NCBI GenBank assembly: GCA_965285935.1
Contig: OZ260661.1
Span: forward strand, 118,792,001 to 118,856,000
Origin: Ophelia neglecta
Taxonomy: Eukaryota
Direction of reading: 5' to 3'
Length of the DNA stretch: 64,000 nt
Part shown: piece after piece, positions 22,779 to 34,300 of the stretch
Layout of the letters: each line of letters opens with the position of its first letter
How positions within the stretch are numbered: position 1 is the first letter of the stretch
Made by a program: the position numbers and the translations under genes
Notes under the pieces: model-generated
Databases searched by the model: none
What the model was told of the DNA's origin: nothing
What the model saw: only the letters and a program-made list of their open reading frames with translations

Positions 22779-23619
22779 AATATTGTTTGTTTCCTGTTTC
22801 CCAACGACCTTACAATTTACCCCCCCTCCCCCCCCCCGACCCTAAACTTTTTTCAAACGCGTACAATTTTTCTCTGGTAAAACTGCAATTGACAATTAGG
22901 CTGGTGCAACGTCCAGTGATGGCGACCTTATCCCCAATAAGATAGGTTCAGTGCCTATCCCCGCGTTTTGGTGCGACCAAAATTTTTCAACCGATCACTT
23001 ACTACATTATGTACTAAAAAAAAATTACACACTCATAGAGTGGAAGTTGAAAACTTAGTATGATGAGATGACTCTGGCCTAAATACAGCTTCAAGAACAT
23101 GAACACATTTAGCCAGTCACCACATCTCTACTGGTATTAAGGATGTACAAAGGTGCCATATGTATGTGTGAAAATCAACATTCAAGTCCAATTCTCTAGT
23201 CTCCACTTTGCACCAAGTTCAGGATTATTAATTGAAAATTACAGAAGGAGAAGACCTTGGTTAGCTTGAAACTGGTCTTGTCAATGTGACCAAAGTCAAA
23301 GACATCTTTTAACACTCTCCTTCCCTAATTCCTAGACTTAAGACAATTGATTGGTCTGTTTAGTTACAAAGCCTCAGCCTTTGTCTTGCCTATTCACTTG
23401 ATTAGTCTGCTAAATATCATCATCTGCTATATATGTCAGTCATTGTCTCACCTCAGTCCAAACATCACACAGATCCTTGAGACTTTTAGAACTACTAAAC
23501 TGATAAAACAGTCTAAACTATCTGTTTTAGGTTCCAGCATGGAACTTAAAATAAGATCAGTTAATTAAATTAACTAAGTTTTTCTTTAAAAGAGTTCTAA
23601 GGGAAAAGTTATATAAATA

Positions 23620-23778
23620 TTTATCATTTTATTCACTGAATGTATTCCGGAATATGAATACATTTGAAATATATTCGAATACAAATACATTGGATTTTTC
23701 AAAATGTATTCGAATACGAATAAAGAATTTTTGTATATATTTGAAAATAAATACTGAATACGAATAGCTCATGTCTGA
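23620..23778. mobile_element. MITE remnant with gtattcgaatac palindromic subrepeats
   Basis: Repeated tattcgaata/gaatac motifs ending in ...gctcatgtctg; other end not found. Confidence 0.4.
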
Positions 23779-26700
23779 TGTACATATATGAGACAAAACC
23801 CTTTATAGAAATTAAAGTGATACATTTCTCAGACACATACAAATGTACATAAGGTGTAATCGCCCTCGCACAGGTTTTGATCATAATCTAGGTATAAGAG
23901 TGTCATCATTATTTGTAAGCAAAGATATAGAACTTTCTAGAATAGTGGATTCATTTCCAGGATGACAATGACATCAATCCGGGAAGAATATTAGATGTTT
24001 TCAGTGGCTGTATACAGAGCATGTGTACACTGTACTTGTGTTTGGTAAATTAAAGTATTCAATTCCCCTCCTCCCCCTCTCCCTATGCAGTACTGCCAGC
24101 TTCCAGTCCAGCCCACACCAAATTGCCTGGGGAGAGGACATGGTATATGGCTGCAGTATTCATGGTATTATAGCTTGGTGCTTTAGGATGATACAGATTG
24201 TTATGTTGACTTTCTGTCCTGATAGGGAAAGCTTATTCAATGAAGTACAATAACTCTTATGCTGTAATAAAATTCCTCTGCCAGTCTTAACTGTTGGATT
24301 TTAATACAATTAAGCCCTCTCATGGAAACATGTGCCCCATCTCCATTGTAAAACATTGTACAACCCCTTACCCCTTTCTTATTGAAAAGTGTATTCTATA
24401 TTTGCTTATTTTACTGATATCCATGATTAAAAAAAATATTAACTACCTTGCAAACCAGGGAAACTAAAGGCTTGGCCATTACTACGTATTTTATTTCTTA
24501 ATTTTATCGAATATGATGAATACAATTGTCAACAAAGACATCAATTCTATGAGGTAAAGCCTACAAAGGATGTTTAAGGGGCTGTAAACTTCACATTTAT
24601 GTGGTAATGAAAAGCCTCTAAATTTCAAGTGATAATTCCCACAGACTGATAACAATTCCCCCTGGCCCCAACTTTTTCATGAATTGTTATCACCTTGGAT
24701 ATTTTTGTGAGTAGATTTAGTTCAATGCCATCTTAAGTACTTAAACATTGATAACATTTAGTTACTTTGGCAACCAAAAATCACCCATACAATTTGGAAG
24801 TTGTTGGTCACACAACAATTTCAATTTGCTTTCAATATATGGCTTTAGCTAGGCATCACAGTGATGCAAAGAAACCATGGGAACCATATTGTACAAAAGG
24901 GCATGGCACTGGGTTTGAAAACTCATTGAACTAGAGCGCGAGAATGTAGATGGGGCTTTTTAAAATTGTTTAAAAGCAGCTGTTAGCACAAGAAGTGTGC
25001 AAGTTCAGTAAAATTTGACCCAGCAAGATAAGGAGGAATGCTATTTCAGGGGACCCAGTTGAACACCTGCACCAAAAGAGTGTTCAAGAGAGGAGATTTG
25101 TCATATAATCATTGTGTTATGCTAGTAACTTCAACAATAAAAATAATTTACTCTCTGCGGCAAAATGTAGTATAGCTGGGGAGCTAGAGGGAAACTAGTT
25201 GAAGCACCTTTTAATGCCACAATAACCAAGTGAATCGTGCACTGCTTATTTGGTGTTGTGCTGTAATCCCAAAGCTTAAATACTGCAAAAATTAAATGGC
25301 TAAAATTCAACATAGAATTGTTGCAGAATAAATTCCAGGTGTATTTCCTCAGCATTTTATTTGGCATTTCTTTGGTGTTGGAGATATGATTGGCCAAAAG
25401 CCAGTCTTTTTTAGAAAGAGGTTATAGAGCTCACATTGAGGCTGACTGTTTGTGTTTTTGAGAGGAGGAAGTGGGTAGGGGAGGATGCTAGAATGATTTT
25501 TATGAAACTCGATTAATCGAATGTAATATGGTTACCTCTGGCCCATTTATTAATAACCTCTAAAATGGGCCAGCTTAAACACCATATAAGGATACTTTGG
25601 TGCCTTAACCAATGACCAGGTTTGAATTGGGCCTCGTGACATGGTTGATATATTTGTCAACCCTTGACACATAAAATATGCCTTCAGTCAGGCGCTATGT
25701 ATTTATATTAGGCTGTCTTTAGGATCGGCGATTCTACTGTTCAATGAGCTGTCATCCCCATTGGCTGATATCGACGCTACGTAGTAATACATGTACTGTG
25801 CAGAACTGCTCTGACCAGCTATGATATAAATAATTCCTCGCTCCGCTAGATCTGATTGGCTGCATTTCTGGTAAATAAAATGTTTCAAACATTCAGCCAA
25901 TTTTGCCAAACAGGAGCTGACTGGGAATGTAGCCCGGAGCTGCTTTTGACCCAGATGGATTGGTTGTTGAGGTATAGAGGTAATATTTAACTAGTTTGGG
26001 CCAATGTTCAAATGTGCTAGCTTTTTTATTGCCTACAACACATAACATGTTAAACCTAGATTTAAGCGAATTTCAACACCTGAGGCCAATGGCCCTAGTA
26101 CATTTTTCAAATTACAGTATGGAAAATAAAACACCCACTGCATGGACCTAGGCCTACTGTACATGGTATACACCCCTTAACCCTCTTGCCATAGACAGTT
26201 ACATGGCTCATTGCCTATACCAGTATACAGTATATATACATGTAGTTCTAAGAATATATATAGAATGGGACTAAATCTCTAATGAGGCACATTCATGGAT
26301 GTGCCATTTAATTCACATGTATGTCTGTCTCTTTCCTATTCTGGTACCTTTTGTTAAGACAGTGAGGAGATGCCCTCTGCCTTTTGTACACTAATGATTA
26401 TATTCAGTATGGGGTGTGGTGTTGGTATGTGCTTGACATGCTCTTTTAGGATGGTAGGGAAATGTAATCAGGATTACAGCATTCTGCTGGATCTGCTCAT
26501 TCACCTATTTGCGTCAGCAGTGCTCTGGTTACTATAGAACAGGCCTCTATGTATTTGGTACACCTACACACTCCTTCTGTAGTACAATCTGCTTGGCATG
26601 TAAAGGGATAACTCTGCCCACTCCGTCCTCCTAGTGTGGATTATTTGGTGACAAAATAGGATGTCATGGACATTTCTTGGAGATTGCCATGGTATTTACT

Positions 26701-27549
26701 GATTTTTTACTGAAGATTGCCAAGTCTCCTCACGTTAGAAGCTAAACTGTCTGTCTGCAGCCAGCAGTGTGACCATACTGGGTTACCGGAGGTGTAGGTA
26801 CCTTATTATAGTAAGGGGAGGGGGGGGGGGTAACTTGTAGGTACCTTGATTATGTATGGTGGAGTCATGTGCAATTTGTACATGTAAATCTTAGTGTATA
26901 AATATGTATAATGTATAAATATATATATAGAACCCCCAAACAACTTAGTGTATATAGTATGTACATAGAACAATGTACCTATTTTGGGATTGATGGGGCA
27001 TTGTATAGTTACTTAAGGAGTGTACAGTTGGAATTTATTTCCTTGCAGTAAAGCTTGTGCTTACAGTTCATATCCCCGGTAGGTATTCGATATATGTGTA
27101 TATAACGATACATGAATACATTAGCGTGGAACATTATCCACACTTGTGACACTGATGCCTTAGGTGGAATTTTTTCTCAATTAATGTTGGAATAAGATGG
27201 AATACATCAGTGCCTTCTATTAATTATCATAATAAGCAGGCATATAACTCTCTCCTTCCCCCCCCCCCCACCCCTCCACCACCACCTAGCTCCCTGTCTC
27301 GTAGTAAATTGTCAACGAATTAGCCAGATACCACCTGCATTCCTTTTATATTGACATACTAGGCATCATGCTCTTGAGGCATAAAACGTATGGGATGGCA
27401 TTGCATTTCAAATCCATTGATCCAACCTTGTTTATATATGGGTATTACTGTTGTTAGTTGGACGATAGTGGACATTGAGGTTGGTCTACTGTCATGTATT
27501 GGAGGATGAGGCCGTCTTATGTCCAGGTCACATGGCAATACAAAAACAT

Positions 27550-29702
27550 CCAGAGGAGTAGCTGACCAGAGGAGTAGAGGAGTAGCTGACCAGAGGAGTA
27601 GAGAGGAGTAGCTGACCAGAGGAGTAGAGGAGTAGCTGACCAGAGGAGTAGAGGATTAGCTGACTAGTGGAGTAGCTGGCCAGAGGAGTAGAGGAGTAGC
27701 TGACCAGTGGAGTAGCTGACCAGAGGAGTAGAGGAGTAGCTGGCCAGAGGAGTAGCTGAACAGAGGAGTAGCTGAACAGAGGAGTAGAGGAGTAGCTGAC
27801 CATACGAGTAACAGATCAGAGGAGTAGAGGAGTAGCTGACCAGAGGAGTAGCTGAACAGAGGAGTAGAGGAGTAACTGACCAGTGGAGAAGCTGACCAGA
27901 GGAGTAGAGGAGTAGCTGACCAGAGGAGTAGCTGAACAAAGGAGTAGCTGAACAGAGGAGTAGAGGAGTAGCTGACCATACGAGTAGCAGATCAGAGGAC
28001 TAGAGGAGTAGCTGACCAGAGGAGTAGAGGAGTAGCTGACCAGTGGAGTAGAGGAGTAGCTGACCAGAGGAGTAGAGGAGTAGCTGACTAGTGGAGTAGC
28101 TGGCTAGAGGAGTAGAGGAGTAGCTGACCAGTGGAGTAGCTGGCCAGAGGAGTAGAGGAGTAGCTGACCAGAGGAGTAGTTGACCAGATGACCTGAGGAG
28201 TAGTTGACCAGCTGACCAGAGGAGTAGCTGACCAGTGGAGTAGCTGACTAGAGGAGTAAAGGAGTAGCTGACCAGAGGAGTAGCTGACCAAAGGAGTAGA
28301 GGAATAACTGACCCTACGAGTAGCAGATCAGAGGAGTGGAGGAGTAGCTGACCAGTGGAGTAGCTGACCAGAAGAGTAGAGGAGTAGCTGACCATTGGAG
28401 TAGCTGGTCAGAGGAGTAGAGGAGTAGCTGACCATTGGATTAGCTGAACAGAGGAGTAGAGGAGTACATGACCCTACGAGTAGCAGCTCAGAGGAGTAGA
28501 GGAGTAGCTGACCAGTGGAGTAGCTGGCCAGAGGAGTAGAGGAGTAGCTGATGGAGTAGCTGGACAGAGGAGTAGCTGAACAGAGGAGTAAAGGAGTAGC
28601 TGACCAGACGAGTAGTTGACCGGAGGAGGAGCTGGACAGAGGAGTAGCTGACCAGAGAAGTAGAGGAGTAACTGACCCTACGAGTAGCAGATCAGAGGAG
28701 TAGAGGAGTAGCTGACCAGTGGAGTAGCTGACCAGAGGAGTAGCTGACCAGTGGAGTAGCTGACCAGAGGAGTAGAGGAGTAGCTGACCAGTGGAGTAAA
28801 TGGCCAGAAGAGTAGAGGAGTAGCTGACCAGTAGAGTAGGTGACCAGAGGAGTAGAGGAGTAGCTAACCAGATGAGTAGCAGATCAGAGGAGTAGCTGAC
28901 CAAAGGGTAGAGGAGTAGCTGACCAGTGGAGTAGCTGGCCAGAGGAGTAGAGGAGTAGCTGATGGAGTAGGTGACCAGAGGAATGGTGGAGTAGCTGACC
29001 AGTGGAGTAGGTGACCAGAGGAGTAGAGAAGTAGCTAACCAGATGAGTAGCAGATCAGAGGAGTAGAGGAGTAGCTGACCAGTGGAGTAGCTGGCCTGAG
29101 AGTAGCTAACTAGAGGAGTAGAAGAGGAGCTGACCAGACGAGTAGCTGACTAGAGGAGTAGTTGACCAGATTTCCTGAGGAGTAGTTGACCAGCTGACCA
29201 GAGGAGTAGCTGACCAGAGGAGTTGCTGACCAGAGAAGTAGCTGACTAGAGGAATAAATGAGTAGCTGACTAGAGGAGTAGCTGACCTGAGAGTAGCTAA
29301 CTAGAGGAGTAGAAGAGGAGCTGACCAGACGAGTAGCTGACCAGACGAGTAGCTGACCAGACTAGTAGCTGACCAGAGGAGTAGCTGACCAGAGGAGTAG
29401 AGGAATAGCTGACCAGAGGAGTAGAGGAGTAGCTGACCAGAGGAGTAGTTGACCAGCTGACCAGAGGAGTAGTTGACCAGTTGACCAGAGGAGTAGCTGA
29501 CCTGAGGAGCAGCTGGCCAGAGGAGTAGAGGAATAGCTGACCAGAGGAGTAGAGGAGTAGCTGACCAGTGGAGAAGCTGACCAGCGGAGTAGAGGAGTAG
29601 CTGACCAGAGGAGTAGTTGACCAGCTGACCAGAGGAGTAGTTGACCAGCTGACCAGAGGAGTAGCTGACCAGAGGAGCAGCTGGCCAGAGGAGTAGCTGA
29701 CT
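27550..29702. repeat. ~2.15-kb purine-rich minisatellite of 8-bp (gaggagta) and 16-bp (gaggagtagctgacca) modules
   Basis: Direct reading; generates the spurious VSYSSTPL/WSATPLL ORFs. Confidence 0.95.
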
Positions 29703-31325
29703 ATATCTAGCTCTAACAATCGTGTTATGATATCAATTTAAGCATCACAACCAAGACAATGATGTATAAGCCATGAAGGATGGGCCATGAATAATGTATG
29801 AGCCTACTCCTAGCAGACTACAAGACACATTATTGCTTATCTACATGAATATAGAATACCAGCGGAAAAAAACATGGTGATGACCAGGAGTTCAGCTGCC
29901 TTGGAACTGAATGCCAGGGTAACTTGGTCCCAGAATTCCTACCATAAGATACATGTACATGTATGCTACCAAAGAAACATGGTGATTATATAATCTTATA
30001 TGTGCAGTACATCATCCCAGGTGGGAACAGTTTGGTCAATGTATACAGCATGGATCATGTATTTCCAATATTGTGTATGTTGTATGCATTCTGCATTAAA
30101 TCAAAACATCTTTTTTGATTACCAGATTTATGAAAGAGGATAGGCTTTAACAACTATTTTGTAGGTATTTAATAGAATACTACATCTATACACATAAATT
30201 ATGGCGATCATTTATTTTTAACGTGTTTGAGTGTGCATTCTCATAAGAGCAACCGGTTTGCTTCTCAAGGGACAATAATGTTTTATGCATACATGTGGAG
30301 GAGCAGTTGTGGTATAGGTTTACAGCTTTCTGGTGAATCCGTTATATAAAGTCAGTATCCATAAAACACTGGGAACATATCCACCTTACCAGTTGTGTAA
30401 TCCTGTAATAATGATCGTGTGATTTTGTTGAGACCATTAATGTGTCATCATTTGGGAAGTGTTTATATTTACAAAGAAGGATTTAATTGTGTGTTAGGCC
30501 TTCTGCAATTATGCTTTGCATAGGGACATAGGCCTAATGGCCATAAGCAAATTTTAATTGTAGCTTTGAAGGTACATTATCCTCCATTATAATATGCTTC
30601 ATACTCAAAGTGACACCTTAGAACTGTAATGACAGGTCACAGCCCATTATCAAACTAAGTGCCTGGACCTTGTATTCAGTTAAACATTTATTTGTCTGGC
30701 TGGCAGCACACACCATTCACCTACAGGAGCTTGTTTGACCCGGGGACTGTGATCAGACAGTAAACAACACAGCCTGCTGATAGCCTGCTTATCATTATTA
30801 GCATTAATACTTACAAATTAATACAGGGATGTCCATCCTGCAGGTAATGTTATAACACATGATAAGCTGGCTATACCTGTGTATCTGCTGATAGTCAGCT
30901 GTTAAGAAATTATCATCTCTGTGGTTCATGTACATACATGCATCTAGATCTAAGCACTTAACATATCTGATGATAACCAGGATAACTTATTAACACATAT
31001 GTATATTATATACATGTACTGCAATGATGTATAATGTATCAGAATCTGATAGTGATGGTACCGGTACATTTCAACACATGGATGGACTAGGTTTCCCAGA
31101 CACCAAGGATTGGTAAGGAGAGCTCCTTACACTATAAACACACAAAATACTACGATATACAACTGCTGTCTGACAGGATCTACTGGTAGTGTTATACTGC
31201 TCAATGAGCTACACTCGTACTATTTTTGGTCTAACACCACCTTGTTTTACTTTCAGGGAGATCCTAGGATTGAAGATGTAGACCTACATATGCAGATACA
31301 ATAAGGAGCATCATCTGCATTCTAG

Positions 31326-31391
31326 ATGCATCGTCTGCGTCAGCGATGGGAGGCATACCTCCGGGTGCCTCTAGATGCTTCCTCCAGACAG
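31326..31391 (+). CDS. LYST: LYST first coding exon (exon starts 31257)
   Basis: Acceptor tttactttcag| at 31256; TAG immediately before ATG; MHRLRQRWEAYLRVPLDASSRQ|gtacc, phase 0. Confidence 0.6.
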
Positions 31392-34300
31392 GTACCACTA
31401 TTGATTTCTCTGAATTATCTGCACAACTTAATGTTCATTGAGGAGAAATGAAACAGTGTTTATAGTGTTAAATACCCGAGTATAGTGTTAACTACAGTGG
31501 TCCATGCGATGAAGGGACCCTCCGATGAAGGGACCCTCCGATGAAGGGACTCCCTCTGACCACCAGATATTTTTCAGTGCCCATGTCCTATTTTTCCTAT
31601 CTTAATGTCCCTCGGATGAAGGGACACCTGCTATGTAGGGACACTTTTACTTGGATTTAGAGGTGTCCCTTCATCACAGGGACCACTGTACCTGGTAGTA
31701 AGCATACTGCTTAATTATGTGCCTCACTTCATATCGGTTTTGAAACACTATTTCGAAAAGTAATTAATTCTATATCAAAAGAAAATAAAGCAGAAATTAA
31801 TACACTCAGGGTTAAAAAATATAAATAGAATAATTGTAGAGAAGTAAGGCCACACTTTATTCAGCGGTTGGTGTCAACTACTGATTACATTGAGATTAGT
31901 GTATGGATCAAGGTCTATCATACTAGTATGACATTGGGTATGATCCCCAGTACCTCCTATTAGACTATTTAATACCTGTAGTCCTGTAATGTATACTCTA
32001 ACATTGCAAAACTTGACCAGTTTAGAATTAACAACCAGGTGGTATTTGTAAAAAAATATTTTACTTATTAGTAAGTCACAGGGTGTCATTGTTTTTCCCC
32101 ATTTGACTGAGTCGGAACTGCATGACAGACCAAATTATCAAGAAAGTCAGTTAGGATCGTAACATAGACAGCTGAAACTGGAGCTAAATTTAAACCCAAT
32201 TCATACTGGTGCCATTCTCAAGAAGGCAACCACCCCCGCAGTCTACGATATCAATTGGAAAAAAAACACCAGAACTACACTAAACAGATTGTAAACCCTA
32301 ACCTCTTGAAAACTGCCTATCATATGTGCCCTGTGTAAGTGGTAGATAAAATTTGTTCAGTTGGACTACTTTATAGTCATGTGCAATGTACATGTACCGG
32401 TAGTGCAATGATTTAATGTTTCTTTGTTTGAAAATGTCGGCTATTAAGTTGATTTGAGGACAATCCCCTTAAATAACTGTAATCCACCAGATGATAAATC
32501 GATCCAGGGTAGTTGATTTTATGCTTCAAATTCAAAGGCCACTACTTGAGCTATCAGTGTTTGATAGCCACCATTTTATTGTATTTTACCTGGTCCAGTG
32601 CATTAAAGTCCTTGCACTGAGGCACAGGTGTGAACATGCGGTCTTGAAAGCCATAGCCCCAAAAGACTTATTTTTGGCTCACATTTAAGGGTTTTTTATT
32701 AACCTTTTTTATTCGGTCATAGAAATATTTATATATTTTTGCGGGGTCAACAGCAAAATGAAGGCACCATTCAAAAGAGTGTGAATGACGTATATATGTA
32801 AGAGTTATGTACGAAAAATTTGTTCTCTATCTTTGTGTAATGATTGGAAGCCACTCAGTTGTGCTAGTATACCTTTCAAAGATGAAAGTTATGGGACCTA
32901 TTTCTCACGTAAGACAACAACTTTCCCTGGATGCTACAGACGTCTCGTACCTGAGGACACAAGTTTGACATACACCATTGAATTTAGCAGAAAATCACTG
33001 GAATATCACTTCAACAGGTAATGTCTTTATTCTCCACCATGTGAGTTTGGCATGAAATGGCAGTTTGTAAATACAAAGTTTGGTTTTGTGTTAATAGCTT
33101 TATGTAGTTTTGTTTGTATGCAAGGACAGTTTGATATGATATTCCAGAGTGAGACCTAATGCATAGCCACAGACTTTAACATGTTCAAAATTGATAAAAA
33201 GCTCTTCCAAATTGACCATACCTGCAATACCATACGCCGCCTGGTGGTGACCGCAGAACTACGGTTTTCGTACTTCCCGGTCGACCACTTTTCGCGAGCC
33301 ACTACGCATCCCGCTGCGCATGTTATGCAGGTCACCCAGGGACATGCGAACAGCTGATCAAGATGGCTTGACAGGCTGTCCCCAGTTGTTTCACGCGAAG
33401 TATTTCGGATCTCCAATCGCGACTCCTCGTTTATTATCCAATTGTTCTGGGTCGAAATGTCTAGAACAGAGCCTAGATCGTTTGTTCACGTTCAATTTGT
33501 CAACGATCGTGCAGTTTTCCTTCGAAGGTTTGCCTTCTCTTCGTACAAGGCGCCGCCATAATGCAACCGATGCCGGGTTGTCACGGGGCCATTTAACCCA
33601 AGATATTTGTTCCATCCAAGGATATTTGTCCAAGTGTTTCATCTTCCTGCTATGCGAGAAGCATTCTGCTGCCTCGCAGATAAACACCATCGTCCCTTCT
33701 TTCGTATTAAAGCTCAAAATAACGGTTGTACGACGCAGACCTCAGAATGCCATGAAAACGCCATGAAATGTTTATGACAGCTTGGGTACGCATACTGGAG
33801 TGGTCGACTTTTTTCCCACAATGCATTACGTTATCGTAGTTCTGCGGTTTCCACCAGGCGGCGTATGGTATTGCAGGTATGGTCAATTGTGTATGAGTAG
33901 ACTGTTGGTCAGGCAACTTTGCCTAATTAAGGGGGTGGTCATTATTTACAGGAGGGGGGAAGGCAAGGTTTCTGTACCGCCATATTCTTCAAAATGTTAT
34001 CCTGCCCCCTCCTGCATCAAACCCCTTCTTATTTTATTACCCTCCCATAAAAAAGGTTATTAATTCTGCATGTTCATTCCATGATTGGAATCGGGTATAA
34101 AACAGGCATACAGTGAAACCTGGCTAATATTAAGAACATACTATATAATTATATCCGCGAAATGCGGATATTATGTTTTCAGTAGCGCCGCCGCCGCCGC
34201 CGCCGCCGCCTTATGCCATGTTCCCCATTCGATTATTGCACGCATTCGCGGATATACCCCTTGCTGTCGGCCCCCCGACAGCGTTGGCCTAGTTTCAATA

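Noticed and set aside
27528-29719. Repetitive VSYSSTPL/WSATPLL ORFs
   Set aside because: Translations of the minisatellite in several overlapping frames
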